From: Pseudomonadota bacterium
Lineage (GTDB): Bacteria > Pseudomonadota > Alphaproteobacteria > Rhizobiales > Beijerinckiaceae
Direction: 5' to 3'
DNA: 64,000 bases
Assembly: GCA_023450615.1 (NCBI GenBank)
Contig: JAEXGT010000018.1
Coordinates: 8,808-72,807 of the forward strand
The translations under genes and the position numbers were made by a program. The notes beneath the pieces were generated by a model that was given only the letters and a program-made list of their open reading frames with translations, made no database searches and was not told the DNA's origin. Of the stretch, positions 54,464-64,000 are shown one piece after another. Every line of letters starts with the position of its first letter. Position 1 is the stretch's first letter.

Positions 54464-55369
54464 TTAACGGCGGGACTGGATGTACTGCTCGAGCAGAGCG
54501 AGCGCCAGTTTGCGGTCGTTCTCGCTCGCGGCGGCGAAAGCCTCCTCGTAGAGGCTTTCGATCCATTCGTCCTTGCTGGAATCCGTCGCCGCCTCACGGG
54601 CGAGGGTCAGCCACATCAGGCCCTTCGCCCGCTGGCGCGGAACGCCCTGTCCGTTCATGAGCATATGGCCGAGCAGCGCCTGCGAGGGATGATGCCCCTT
54701 CTCGGCAGCCAGATTGAACCAGCGCGCCGCCTGACGGGGATCCCGGGGGACGCCGGTGCCTTCCATGTAAAGACGGGCGAGATTGTACTGCGCATTGGAG
54801 TCGCTGAAATAGGACGCCGCGTAGTTGAACATCTCTACGGCCCGAACCGGATTGGCCGACACGTAGGTGCCCTTGATGCCATCCAGGAAATAGGAGCCGA
54901 GCGCCACGAAGGCACTGGAAACGACGAGCGCATTCGGAGAATCCGGGCTCTCGTCCGCATGCTGGTCCGCGAGCCGGGAGAAATACTCGAACGCCTTCAG
55001 ATCGTCGTGCTCCACCCCGTCGCCATCGGCATACATCCGGCCAAGCTTCCAGAGCGCCAGGGTATGCCCCTGCCCCGCCGCATATTCGAGAGCGGCGGCC
55101 GCGCCGAGCTTGTCGCCCGCATTGTAGTCGCGCATGCCCGTCCGCAAAGCTTCACGGACGGAGCCGTACTTCACAGGGGGCGTCAGAACGGGAGAGAGGG
55201 ACGGCGTCAGAGGCTGAGGACGCGGGGCGGCATCGAGAGCGAAGGCAGAAGAGGAAGCGAGCAGCAAGGACGCGCAGGCAGCGACCATCGTCAGACGGTG
55301 TGTCAGCTTCAAGTTATCGGTCAGGCGCGCGTTCATGGACTTCTGCTCTTTTTCCATCTGGCTTTTCAT
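54464..55369 (-). CDS. exoR: Periplasmic Sel1-repeat protein, ExoR-like
   Basis: Signal peptide followed by repeated Sel1 units (ALWKLGRMYADGDGVEHDDLKAFEYF, AQYNLARLYMEGTGVPRDPRQAARWFNLAAEKGH, SQALLGHMLMNGQGVPR). Start uncertain (55369, 55357 or 55336). Confidence 0.6.
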   Translation of the reverse strand: MKSQMEKEQKSMNARLTDNLKLTHRLTMVAACASLLLASSSAFALDAAPRPQPLTPSLSPVLTPPVKYGSVREALRTGMRDYNAGDKLGAAAALEYAAGQGHTLALWKLGRMYADGDGVEHDDLKAFEYFSRLADQHADESPDSPNALVVSSAFVALGSYFLDGIKGTYVSANPVRAVEMFNYAASYFSDSNAQYNLARLYMEGTGVPRDPRQAARWFNLAAEKGHHPSQALLGHMLMNGQGVPRQRAKGLMWLTLAREAATDSSKDEWIESLYEEAFAAASENDRKLALALLEQYIQSRR

Positions 55370-55600
55370 GACAGCCCCAACCAGATGGAACTTTCATGAT
55401 TTGCCACGTGCCACATCATCTATGCAATGACTCACACAACAGGCAGTCCGATAGCGTTAATCGGTGGTACCCCTGAAGCGCCTTATCATAAAGCGTTGGT
55501 TTAGCAGCACTTTAGCTGAGTTTTACAGGTGCTTGCGCTTTATGGCGGGATCGCGGCGGCGTTTAGGCCAAGAGCGGCAGGATAAGGATGGTTTCAGGGT

Positions 55601-55623
55601 GTTGCCCGCTGGCAACATTTTTT
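55601..55623 (+). terminator. Orphan terminator-like hairpin in a long non-coding gap
   Basis: GTTGCC-CGCT-GGCAAC followed by ATTTTTT. There is no plus-strand CDS upstream. Confidence 0.3.
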
Positions 55624-55858
55624 AGGCCTTTCCATCATCGACTCAGCCTCGCGAAACCAAAACAGCCCGCACATCACTTAAAGGAATTAAGTAAATTTAC
55701 GCCGTGCCATAGCGCACACGGCAGGTAATTGATGTTATCATGATGCATTATAACGCCCCACCCCGAACCGATGGAGAGGCTTATTCAGCCAATCGCATGT
55801 AATGAGCGATGATTACCGCCCCTTCGTCTGGTTCTTGTTATCAACTGACCAGAACTGA

Positions 55859-56137
55859 CCGAATGCCTACAGAATATGCGCCGATAAGACCGTTATTCTC
55901 GGACCGGACGAGTTTTTCTTCGACCTGTCAGAGGCCCCCACCTATCGCGACTGGAATATGATGGGTAACGACCTCGTCAACACCATCCTCGCCAATGCCT
56001 CAAACAACATCATCGATGGCGGCCTTCGCTACGATGCGGATGGCTCAGGCCCGGAATGCAGCTCCGAGCTGATTGCCATGCTCAGGCCAAGCACGGAAAT
56101 GGCGGCCATCTCCAACCTCAACATCTTCGTCGTCTAA
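55859..56137 (+). pseudogene. Remnant of an RTX-protein C-terminus (or a very short RTX-tail ORF)
   Basis: The frame reads ...MMGNDLVNTILANASNNIIDGGLRYDADGSGPECSSELIAMLRPSTEMAAISNLNIFVV*. The YDADGSG...FVV tail parallels the C-terminus of the 48382-50067 RTX protein. An in-frame stop lies at 55856. Confidence 0.35.
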
Positions 56138-56187
56138 CCGACCTGAATCATACCCTCATGGCCGGGATGCCCCGATCACGAGGCCAA

Positions 56188-57018
56188 TCAGGCTTCGACC
56201 TGCGCCGAAGAGAGCCAGACGGTCCCATAAACAGCAACCGCACTTTCGTCCGGAGATTTGACCTCAGTCAGCCAGACCGAGCGCACAGCGGCCAAGCCCG
56301 CTTCGGTTGGAGCTTGTGACGGCGCTGCTTCCTCCGTCGTCCCGCTGCAGGAGATGAAGCCCACTGTCATGAGTTGTTTTGCGCTGAAGCCCCCAGCCCG
56401 GCGCTCGACCAGGATAGCGGGGCCCCAGCCCTCGCGGGGCTGCCAGGGAAAGATCAGCCGGCCACCCGGTTTCAATGCCTTCAGCCACTCGGCATCGGGA
56501 GCCCTGACACCGGCATTCACATAGATCACGTCCGCCTGCGGAAGCGGCCGACCGAAAGCCGATCCGGCATGCACGGTCACGTTGGCGTAATCGCTCAGGT
56601 TCTGCGCTGCCTTGGCGGCGAGGTCTTCCTCGTATTCGTAAGCCTCCACATGCCCTCCCGGCTCCACGAGACATGCGAGCATCGCAGTGTAATAGCCAAG
56701 GCCCGCTCCTACATGGACGACCGTCTCGCCGGGCTGCGGGCTCACCGCATCGAGCCAAGCGGCATGAAGGGTGGGCTCCCCATTATTGATGCCGCGCTCC
56801 CGATCGATGGCCACGAGGACGTTGTCGTAGATTCCGGCAACATCGCTCGTCACGGTGGCGATGCCGACGCTGATCGTGGTCCACGGCGGCGGCGGAAGAA
56901 AGTTCTCGCGGGGAACGGTGGCGAACGCCTGCTCGATGCGCCTGTCGCGGAGATCGGCCAGACGCGCGATCTGCTCTGCATATTCGGAGCGGTATGTCTC
57001 AAACGGAGTGGCGGACAT
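56188..57018 (-). CDS. Protein-L-isoaspartate O-methyltransferase-like SAM methyltransferase
   Basis: PRENFLP and the SAM motif VVHVGAGLGYYTAMLA. ATG at 57018 (the track start at 57027 is TTG). Confidence 0.65.
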   Translation of the reverse strand: MSATPFETYRSEYAEQIARLADLRDRRIEQAFATVPRENFLPPPPWTTISVGIATVTSDVAGIYDNVLVAIDRERGINNGEPTLHAAWLDAVSPQPGETVVHVGAGLGYYTAMLACLVEPGGHVEAYEYEEDLAAKAAQNLSDYANVTVHAGSAFGRPLPQADVIYVNAGVRAPDAEWLKALKPGGRLIFPWQPREGWGPAILVERRAGGFSAKQLMTVGFISCSGTTEEAAPSQAPTEAGLAAVRSVWLTEVKSPDESAVAVYGTVWLSSAQVEA

Positions 57019-57074
57019 ATTTTGCAATTCGCGCCAGCCTCGCCCGGTTCCGAATAAACGCAGGACTCTCGCAC

Positions 57075-58682
57075 CTACATCCTGAACACGCCGAACTTCG
57101 TTTCAGGAATCGGCGCATTCAGCGCGGCCGAAAATGCCAGAGCCAGCACGCGGCGGGTCTCGGACGGCAGGATGATGCCGTCGTCCCACAGGCGCGCAGT
57201 GGCGTGGTACGGAGAGCCCTCCTCCTCGTACTTGGCTTTGATCGGGGCCTTGAAAGCCTCCTCCTCGTCCGCGCTCCAGCTTTTGCCTTCGGCTTCGATA
57301 TTGTCGCGGCGGACGGTGGCCAGAACGCTCGCGGCCTGCTCGCCGCCCATCACCGAAATACGGGAATTAGGCCAGGTGAACAGGAAGCGCGGAGAATAGG
57401 CGCGGCCGCACATGCCGTAATTGCCCGCGCCGAATGAGCCGCCCACGAGAAGAGTGATCTTCGGCACCTGCGCGCAGGCGACCGCCGTCACGAGTTTCGC
57501 GCCATCCTTGGCGATGCCGCCCGCCTCATATTGGCTGCCTACCATGAAGCCCGAGATATTCTGAAGGAAGAGCAGTGGAATACGGCGCTGGCAGCACAGC
57601 TCGATGAAATGCGCACCTTTCAGCGCGCTTTCCGAGAACAGGATGCCGTTGTTTGCGATGATGCCGACCGGCATGCCCCAGAGACGGGCGAAGCCCGTCA
57701 CGAGCGTTGTGCCGTAGAGACGCTTGAACTCGTCGAACTCGGAGCCGTCGACGAGACGCGCGATCACCTCGCGGATGTCGTATTGCTTCTTGAGGTCGGT
57801 CGGCACGATCGCTTCAAGATCGTCGATGGCATATTTCGGCTCGACAGGTTCGGCGATGTCGATGTCAATCGTCTTGCGGGTGTTCAGCGTACCGACGATG
57901 CGGCGCACGATGGCGAGCGCATGCACGTCGTCGGTGGCGTAATGGTCCGCGACGCCCGACTGGCGCGCATGCACATCCGCGCCGCCGAGATCCTCCGCCG
58001 ACACCACCTCGCCGGTCGCGGCCTTCACGAGCGGGGGGCCGCCGAGGAAGATGGTGCCCTGGCGGCGCACGATGATCGTCTCGTCCGACATGGCCGGCAC
58101 ATAGGCTCCGCCTGCGGTGCAGGAGCCCATGACGCAGGCGATCTGCGGAATGCCCATCGAGGAGAGCGTCGCCTGATTGTAGAAGATGCGTCCGAAATGC
58201 TCGCGGTCGGGAAACACGTCGGTCTGGTGCGGCAGGTTCGCACCGCCGGAATCGACCAGATAGATACACGGCAAACGGTTCTCGCGCGCGATCTCCTGCG
58301 CCCGCAGGTGCTTCTTCACCGTCATCGGATAATAGGTGCCGCCCTTGATCGTCGAATCGTTACAGACGATCATGACCTCGCGGCCTTCGACCCGCCCGAT
58401 GCCGGTGATGATGCCGGCGCCATGGATCGCATCCTCATACATGCCGTGGGCGGCAAGGGAGCCGAGTTCCAGAAAGGGAGCGCCCGGATCGAGGAGGCGC
58501 ATCACGCGTTCGCGCGGCAGGAGCTTGCCGCGGGCGAGATGCCGCTCACGGGCCTTCTCAGGCCCGCCTTCGGCAACGGCCTGCCGCTTGGCCTGGAGTT
58601 CCCGGGCCAGATCCGCCCAGGAGGCGCGGTTCGCCCTCGCATTATCCGATGACAGGTCGGCGGAAGAGGCAATGACAGGCAC
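57075..58682 (-). CDS. mccB: Methylcrotonoyl-CoA carboxylase, carboxyltransferase (beta) subunit
   Basis: 535 aa. [20 protein letters not shown]...[28 protein letters not shown]...[12 protein letters not shown] is typical of MCCase beta / LiuB. Confidence 0.9.
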   Translation of the reverse strand: MPVIASSADLSSDNARANRASWADLARELQAKRQAVAEGGPEKARERHLARGKLLPRERVMRLLDPGAPFLELGSLAAHGMYEDAIHGAGIITGIGRVEGREVMIVCNDSTIKGGTYYPMTVKKHLRAQEIARENRLPCIYLVDSGGANLPHQTDVFPDREHFGRIFYNQATLSSMGIPQIACVMGSCTAGGAYVPAMSDETIIVRRQGTIFLGGPPLVKAATGEVVSAEDLGGADVHARQSGVADHYATDDVHALAIVRRIVGTLNTRKTIDIDIAEPVEPKYAIDDLEAIVPTDLKKQYDIREVIARLVDGSEFDEFKRLYGTTLVTGFARLWGMPVGIIANNGILFSESALKGAHFIELCCQRRIPLLFLQNISGFMVGSQYEAGGIAKDGAKLVTAVACAQVPKITLLVGGSFGAGNYGMCGRAYSPRFLFTWPNSRISVMGGEQAASVLATVRRDNIEAEGKSWSADEEEAFKAPIKAKYEEEGSPYHATARLWDDGIILPSETRRVLALAFSAALNAPIPETKFGVFRM

Positions 58683-58837
58683 GGCGTCGGGCTCCCTGTA
58701 TTCTTATCGGCTCCTCGGCGACTGGAGCGGCGCACCGCTTGGCATGGACACGGGGTCCGTACGATGCACCGAACCGAGGGCTCTCCATCAGTCGCAGGGA
58801 CCAGGGAGCCCGGCAACTTAGCCTTCAGGCTGAGTAA

Positions 58838-59164
58838 TCAGCCTTTCGCACTCACGACCGCTTCCCGGCGGACCTCGCCAGGGCCGCAGCGATACGCGAT
58901 GCCACGTACGAGGGACCAATCCTGGGTGGTTTGCTGAAGGTAGAGATGGGTTCCGCCCAAGGCGACCACGGCTTCCTTCATGCTGTCCGTCGCGGAGCCG
59001 AAGCCCAGGGTGGTCGGCACCACGGGGCTCACCTCTCCCAGGTTCTGGCAGACGCGCACGTCGGCCGGCGAATCGACGATAAACACCAGATCCACCGGAT
59101 CGGGGCGGTAGGCACAGGCCGAAACGCTTACGAGGAGAAGAGAGGCAAGAAGAATGCGCTGCAT
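58838..59164 (-). CDS. Putative lipoprotein
   Basis: Lipobox LLLVSVSAC after a short basic N-terminus; 108 aa. Confidence 0.6.
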   Translation of the reverse strand: MQRILLASLLLVSVSACAYRPDPVDLVFIVDSPADVRVCQNLGEVSPVVPTTLGFGSATDSMKEAVVALGGTHLYLQQTTQDWSLVRGIAYRCGPGEVRREAVVSAKG

Positions 59165-59260
59165 GAAATATCCGCCAATAAGTCAGCTGTTCGCCCTAGC
59201 TTAGAGCACGAAGCGGCGTTGAGGAGAAGCCTGACTATGGCAGATGTGAAAAACTGTCAC

Positions 59261-59989
59261 TCAGTTGCCCCAAGGCAACGGAGCCTCCACCCTCTCGGTA
59301 GGGCCGAAGATGTCCTCAAAAGCCTTTCGCATGACCGCATCAACCTCGGGCATGGTGACGGGAATCCCTAAGTCAACGAGGCTGGTGACCCCATGCTGAG
59401 TGACGCCGCAGGGGACGATTCCCGAGAAATGGCCAAGATCGGGCTCCACGTTCAGACTGATGCCGTGATAGGTCGCCCAGCGCCGCACACGGATGCCGAT
59501 GGCAGCAATCTTGTCCTCCGAGGTTTCGCCCTTGTCGGGACGGCGCACCCACACGCCGACTCGGTCCTCCCGGCGCTCACCACGGATATTGAAGGCGTCG
59601 AGGGTTTGGATCAGCCACGCCTCGAGAGACGCCACATAGCGGCGCAGATCGGGCGTGCGGCGCTTCAGGTCCAGCATCACATAGGCAACTCGCTGGCCCG
59701 GCCCGTGATAGGTATATTGCCCTCCCCGGCCCGTCTGATGAACGGGAAACCGGTCGGGATCGACAAGGTCGGCGGTTTGGGCCGAGGTGCCGGCCGTATA
59801 GAGCGGCGGATGCTCCACGAGCCAGACGAGCTCGCGCGCCCGGCCATCCGCAATCGCCTGGGCTCGGTCTTCCATGAAGGCGACCGCCTGCTCATAGGGC
59901 GTCAGCCCCTCGGCAATCGCCCATTCCACGACATCGGAGCCACTTTCGCTCAAGAATCGATCAGCCAAGCTGTCGCGCGGATTCGCCAC
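59261..59989 (-). CDS. lipB: Octanoyltransferase (lipoyl(octanoyl) transferase) LipB
   Basis: [49 protein letters not shown] and PCG motifs. GTG start. Confidence 0.9.
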   Translation of the reverse strand: MANPRDSLADRFLSESGSDVVEWAIAEGLTPYEQAVAFMEDRAQAIADGRARELVWLVEHPPLYTAGTSAQTADLVDPDRFPVHQTGRGGQYTYHGPGQRVAYVMLDLKRRTPDLRRYVASLEAWLIQTLDAFNIRGERREDRVGVWVRRPDKGETSEDKIAAIGIRVRRWATYHGISLNVEPDLGHFSGIVPCGVTQHGVTSLVDLGIPVTMPEVDAVMRKAFEDIFGPTERVEAPLPWGN

Positions 59990-60220
59990 CGTTTCACCTT
60001 CTGCCCGTGAGGAGCGATGTTGTGTTCCCTGGATGCCTCAAGGGTCAAGACGCGACCTCTTCAGACTGCCCCTCATATAGTGATTGAAGGTGCCGTCATG
60101 CACATCCTTTGGAACGAATTGTCGAGTTTCGAAAGAGATTGAAAAGATGGGCTTGCAGTGCCCGAATTCATCTGTTAGATCGACCGCCTCTTCAGGAGAA
60201 ACCCTCCTGGAACCGAGTTC

Positions 60221-60305
60221 GCGGTCATGGCGGAATTGGTAGACGCACTACCTTGAGGTGGTAGCGGGGAGACCCGTGGAGGTTCGAGTCCTCTTGACCG
60301 CACCA
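60221..60305 (+). tRNA. tRNA-Leu (anticodon GAG), class II with long variable arm, CCA encoded
   Basis: Acceptor GCGGTCA/TGACCGC. Anticodon stem CTACC/GGTAG with loop TTGAGGT. Variable arm CGGGGAGACCCGT. T-arm GGAGG-TTCGAGT-CCTCT. 3' ACCA. Confidence 0.9.
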
Positions 60306-60334
60306 ACTATCGGCACACTTCGTGCCGGTAACAG

Positions 60335-60362
60335 AAAGGCCCCTTTACGGGGCCTTTTTTGT
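60335..60362 (+). terminator. Rho-independent terminator after tRNA-Leu
   Basis: AGGCCCC-TTTAC-GGGGCCT followed by TTTTTTG. Confidence 0.7.
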
Positions 60363-60525
60363 TGCCCATACGGGGCAACGCCCCAGGTTCTAGAACGCTG
60401 CTTCGCGAACCTGAATCAATCTTACAGAAACGACGGCTAAACGATTCCCTGAACAAGGCTTTTCAGGTGCATTGCATCGGCTTGCACACGAACCTAAAAA
60501 GCCACAGCAACTTGAGGACAGGCCC

Positions 60526-61950
60526 ATGATGGAAGTCGAAAACAACACGACGCTTCCACCGCCCGAAGGACCGGGTCCTCAGCCGCTCACGTTCAGAGAC
60601 GAAGAAGGCGAGATCAATCGGGAGTTCCTTGCCGCCGCCGCGGATGCAATCGAAGCATCCGATTCCAAGCGCCTGCAGGAGCTGGTGGAGGATTTCCACG
60701 AATCCGAACTCGGCGACCTGCTCGAGGCCCTTGAGCCGGAGCAACGCCCTCGCCTCATCGAACTTCTTGGATCGGCCTTCGACTTCACGGCTCTGACCGA
60801 AGTGGACGACGCCGTCCGCGAAGAGATTCTCGAAGAGCTCGAAACGTCGACCGTCGTCGAGGGCGTGCGCGACCTCGATTCCGACGACGCCGTCACCATT
60901 CTCGAAAGCCTTCCCGAAGAAGAGCAGGCCGAGGTTCTCGAACAGCTCCCGGCCATGGAGCGTGTCGCGCTTCAGCGCTCCCTCGATTACCCCGAGGACA
61001 GCGCCGGCCGGCGCATGCAGACCGAGTTCATCGCCGTGCCGCCGTTCTGGACGGTGGGACAGACCATCGACTTCATGCGCGAGACGGCGGACCTGCCCGA
61101 TACCTTCTATGAGATCTTCGTCATCGATCCGGCGGGGCATCTTCTCGGCGCCGTCGCTCTCGATAGGCTGTTGCGTTCGAAGCGCCCCGTCACGATCCAG
61201 GAGATCATGGACGACGAGCCGGACCGGGTGGAAGCGACCGATCACCAAGAGGACGTCGCGCGCCTCTTCGAGCGTTTCAACCTGGTTTCCGCCGCCGTGG
61301 TGGATTCCGAGAACCGTCTCGTGGGCACGATCCTCGTCGACGACATCGTCGACGTGCTCGAAGAAGAGGCCGATGCGGACATCAAGCAGCTCGGCGGCGT
61401 GAAGTCGGACGAAGAGCTTTCGGATACGGTGTTCTACACCCAGCGCAGCCGCTTCCCCTGGCTCTTCGCCAATATGTGCACGGCCTTTCTGGCGGCAGGC
61501 GTCATCCGCATGTTCGAGGAATCGATTCAGCACATGGTGGCGCTCGCAATCCTCATGCCCATCGTCGCGTCCATGGGCGGGAATGCAGGCACGCAAACCA
61601 TGACCGTGACCGTCCGCGCGCTTGCGACCCGCGACCTCGGGCGCTCGAACGCCTGGCGCATCATCACCCGCGAGGCCGCCGTCGGACTTCTCAACGGCAT
61701 CGTGTTCGCGTTCATCCTGGGCGGCTTGGCGACACTCTGGTTCCAGACGCCGGAAATCGGGCTGGTGATCGGCCTCGCGCTCATCACGGTGCTGCTCTTC
61801 GCGGCTCTCGGCGGCATCCTCGTGCCCTTAAGCCTCAACCGCCTGGGGGTGGATCCGGCCGTGTCTTCGGGCCCCTTCGTCACCACAATCACGGATATCG
61901 TAGGCTTCTTCTCCTTCTTGGGTATAGCGACACTGTGGTTTAACCTGTAA
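60526..61950 (+). CDS. mgtE: Magnesium transporter MgtE
   Basis: Acidic N-domain, tandem CBS region (VFVIDPAGHLLGAV..., AAVVDSENRLVGTILVDDIVDVLEEEA) and a C-terminal 5-TM domain with GNAGTQ and PFVTTITD motifs. GAGGACA RBS. Confidence 0.9.
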   Translation: MMEVENNTTLPPPEGPGPQPLTFRDEEGEINREFLAAAADAIEASDSKRLQELVEDFHESELGDLLEALEPEQRPRLIELLGSAFDFTALTEVDDAVREEILEELETSTVVEGVRDLDSDDAVTILESLPEEEQAEVLEQLPAMERVALQRSLDYPEDSAGRRMQTEFIAVPPFWTVGQTIDFMRETADLPDTFYEIFVIDPAGHLLGAVALDRLLRSKRPVTIQEIMDDEPDRVEATDHQEDVARLFERFNLVSAAVVDSENRLVGTILVDDIVDVLEEEADADIKQLGGVKSDEELSDTVFYTQRSRFPWLFANMCTAFLAAGVIRMFEESIQHMVALAILMPIVASMGGNAGTQTMTVTVRALATRDLGRSNAWRIITREAAVGLLNGIVFAFILGGLATLWFQTPEIGLVIGLALITVLLFAALGGILVPLSLNRLGVDPAVSSGPFVTTITDIVGFFSFLGIATLWFNL

Positions 61951-62042
61951 TCTCATTACAAAGAGCGTGATCGTAAGGGGCTTATTAACCCACTTCGGGC
62001 ATCCCTGATGCGATCAAGTCTGCGTTCATTATAGATAGCCCG

Positions 62043-62948
62043 ATGAAGATACGCCGCCGTTCCCCCCGCCGCTCCCAAAGCTCCGGCCTGACGACGTTCC
62101 TTCGGGTTACTCGTTTCGGCGCCCTGGCCGCGATCGCCCTGGGGCTTGCCTCCTGCGCTATCTCGCCGAGCATGACGTCCAGCCGCTACCCCGCGAAAAG
62201 CGACGCCCGCCCTCATCATGGGGTGGCCAAGGCTCATCGCCTGCCCATCCATGGGGTCGATATCTCCAAATGGCAGGGTCAGGTGGACTGGGCTGCCCTG
62301 CGCAAGGCCGGTACTCAGTTCGCCTTCATCAAGGCGACGGAAGGCGGCGACCATATCGACAGCAAGTTCCACGAAAACTGGCATGCGGCCAGACGCGCCG
62401 GTGTCCCGCGTGGAGCCTATCACTTCGTGTATTGGTGCCGCCCGGCCCATGAACAGGCGGCTTGGTTCAAGCAAAACGTTCCCAACGACCCGGATGCCCT
62501 GCCCCCGGTCCTCGACGTGGAATGGAACGGCCAGTCCGTGAACTGCCCGAAAAAGGTTCCACGCGAGCAGGCGCTCGCCATGATCAACGTGATGCTGCGC
62601 GAAATGGAAGCCCATACCGGCAAACGTCCGATCATTTACACCGACATCACCTTCCATAAGGAAATTCTGGAAGGCGAGTTCAACGATTACCCGTACTGGA
62701 TCCGCAGCACCGCCGCAGAGCCCCACGAGCGCTACAACAACCGCCGCTGGACCTTCTGGCAGTTCACCACCACCGGCCGCGTACCCGGCGTCACCGGCGA
62801 CGTGGACCGCAACACCTTCTACGGTACGGAAAACCAGTGGCGCATGTTCGTTCAGAGCGCTTGCGACCCGCGCGATTACCGCAGGCTTGCAAGCGCCGGA
62901 AAGTGCCTTCCCTTGGACCCGGTCCAGACGGCCAGCATCGACGAGTAA
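62043..62948 (+). CDS. Glycoside hydrolase family 25 muramidase (lysozyme), lipoprotein-type leader
   Basis: GVDISKWQGQVDWAALRKAGTQFAFIKATEG...GAYHF...WQFT...G.VDRN is the GH25 pattern. The leader ends LGLASC. Confidence 0.85.
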   Translation: MKIRRRSPRRSQSSGLTTFLRVTRFGALAAIALGLASCAISPSMTSSRYPAKSDARPHHGVAKAHRLPIHGVDISKWQGQVDWAALRKAGTQFAFIKATEGGDHIDSKFHENWHAARRAGVPRGAYHFVYWCRPAHEQAAWFKQNVPNDPDALPPVLDVEWNGQSVNCPKKVPREQALAMINVMLREMEAHTGKRPIIYTDITFHKEILEGEFNDYPYWIRSTAAEPHERYNNRRWTFWQFTTTGRVPGVTGDVDRNTFYGTENQWRMFVQSACDPRDYRRLASAGKCLPLDPVQTASIDE

Positions 62949-62973
62949 CGCCTTTCTTTAAACGAAAGCCGCC

Positions 62974-63012
62974 AAGCTCCCCTCCCGCAAGGCAGGGGAG
63001 CTTTTCTTTTGC
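62974..63012 (+). terminator. Rho-independent terminator after the GH25 gene
   Basis: AAGCTCCCCT (62974-62983) pairs with AGGGGAGCTT (62994-63003), running into TTTTCTTTT. Confidence 0.7.
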
Positions 63013-63141
63013 GGTTGCCTCTTCGACCAATTTCCTGCGGCGGTCCCGCTTGAAAAGGTCAGCACTGCTGTCCAGGATGATGTCATAACGACAAGCGATC
63101 TGCGGCGCACCGACGCCAGTGGACATGTGGAGGATCCGAGA

Positions 63142-64000
63142 ATGCTGCCGAACGCCGCAAAAGCCTTCAACTTCGACCTTGGCGAAACCGCTGATGCCAT
63201 CCGCGAGACCGTGCGCGACTTCGCCCAGGAGAAGATCGCGCCGCGTGCCGAGGAGATCGACCGCACGAACCAGTTTCCGCGCGATCTCTGGCCCCAGATG
63301 GGAGAGCTTGGCCTCCATGGCATCACGGTCGAGGAGGAATACGGCGGCACGGGGCTCGGCTATCTTGAGCACGTGATCGCGATGGAGGAAGTCTCCCGCG
63401 CCTCCGCCTCGGTCGGCCTGTCCTACGGCGCCCATTCCAACCTCTGCGTCAACCAGATCCGGCGCAACGGCACCGACGAGCAGAAGCGCCGCTACCTGCC
63501 GAAGCTCATTTCCGGCGAGCATGTGGGCGCGCTCGCCATGTCCGAGCCTGGTTCGGGCTCCGATGTGGTGTCCATGCGCACCCGCGCCGAGAAGCGCGGC
63601 GACCGCTATGTGCTCAACGGCAACAAGATGTGGATCACCAACGGCCCCATCGCCGAAACGCTCGTGGTCTATGCAAAAACCGATCCTGAGGCCGGCCCGC
63701 GCGGCATGACCGCTTTCCTCATCGAGAAGGGTTTTAAGGGATTCTCCACCCACCAGAAACTCGACAAGCTCGGCATGCGCGGTTCCGACACCTGTGAACT
63801 CGTGTTCGAGGATTGCGAAGTGCCGGAAGAGAACGTGCTCGGTCAGGTCGGCAAGGGCGTGAACGTGCTCATGTCGGGCCTCGACTATGAGCGTGCGGTG
63901 CTGGCGGCGGGCTCCACGGGCATCATGCAGGCCTGCATGGACGTAGTGCTGCCCTATATCCACGAGCGCAAGCAGTTCGGTCAGGCCATCGGCGAGTTTC
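63142..64000 (+). CDS. ivd: Isovaleryl-CoA dehydrogenase, 3' end cut by window edge
   Basis: Absent from the ORF track because it runs off the window. My translation from ATG 63142 (GGAGGA RBS) gives [15 protein letters not shown]...[50 protein letters not shown]...[11 protein letters not shown], a typical IVD/LiuA sequence. Confidence 0.9.
   Translation, partial: MLPNAAKAFNFDLGETADAIRETVRDFAQEKIAPRAEEIDRTNQFPRDLWPQMGELGLHGITVEEEYGGTGLGYLEHVIAMEEVSRASASVGLSYGAHSNLCVNQIRRNGTDEQKRRYLPKLISGEHVGALAMSEPGSGSDVVSMRTRAEKRGDRYVLNGNKMWITNGPIAETLVVYAKTDPEAGPRGMTAFLIEKGFKGFSTHQKLDKLGMRGSDTCELVFEDCEVPEENVLGQVGKGVNVLMSGLDYERAVLAAGSTGIMQACMDVVLPYIHERKQFGQAIGEF

Noticed and set aside
52618-55399. Long ORFs 52618-53688 (-), 53967-54566 (-) and 54113-55399 (+)
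   Set aside because: They are antisense to the aldo/keto reductase, xthA and ExoR-like genes respectively. Each of those genes carries diagnostic motifs.
60306-60525. Integrated element at tRNA-Leu, or an M-box/Mg riboswitch upstream of mgtE
   Set aside because: There is no integrase, no direct repeat of the tRNA 3' end, and no phage or IS genes flanking the tRNA. The about-160-nt mgtE leader shows none of the conserved M-box helices I know and is too short and unstructured after the tRNA terminator.
60463-61596. 377-aa minus-strand ORF
   Set aside because: It is antisense to mgtE, which has the N-domain, CBS pair and TM-domain motifs. It has no motifs of its own.
62791-63963. 390-aa minus-strand ORF at the window's right end
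   Set aside because: It is antisense to the isovaleryl-CoA dehydrogenase gene, which the ORF track omits because it runs off the window. My plus-strand translation from 63142 gives a textbook acyl-CoA dehydrogenase sequence with a GGAGGA RBS.

Overview
Visibly GC-rich chromosomal segment that looks alphaproteobacterial, probably Rhizobiales (inferred from gene content, RTX proteins, an ExoR-like gene and CTTGAC-type -35 boxes). I support about 55 protein genes and one tRNA-Leu(GAG). I saw no rRNA, CRISPR array, transposase or integrase. Order along the window: (1) 1-10.9 kb, a LacI-controlled glycoside/sugar locus with psuG (5' truncated), GH43, an ABC sugar importer, two Gfo/Idh/MocA oxidoreductases and a TIM-barrel isomerase-like enzyme. 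(2) 11.0-17.5 kb, a LuxR-type regulator divergent from a 1677-aa secreted-type giant protein (4 beta-helix modules, 3 cadherin-like domains, RTX repeats) that carries nested tandem DNA duplications. (3) 17.6-33.0 kb, an IclR-centred catabolic island: an HcnABC/OoxAB-like three-component flavoenzyme with an ornithine-cyclodeaminase-family protein and a DadA-like oxidase, plus a divergent operon encoding crotonase, a PotD/A/BC-like importer with a fused permease, an acyl-CoA synthetase and two oxidoreductases. (4) 33.0-44.6 kb, the most unusual part: a tightly coupled Che-like operon encoding a soluble MCP with two tandem signalling domains, a triple-CheW protein, CheB, CheR, CheA, a small STAS-like ORF, a CheY-like receiver, a CheC-type phosphatase and a LOV/PAS hybrid histidine kinase. 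(5) 44.9-48.2 kb, a TAXI-type TRAP transporter. (6) 48.4-50.1 kb, a second RTX protein. (7) 50.2-64 kb, mostly housekeeping genes: AKR, xthA, ExoR-like, mccB, lipB, tRNA-Leu, mgtE, a GH25 muramidase and ivd (3' truncated). A 72-bp intergenic repeat occurs twice at 69/72 identity, and each copy ends exactly on the stop codon of a minus-strand gene. The many long antisense ORFs in the track are GC-driven artefacts. All functional calls come from reading motifs by eye; no database search was run.
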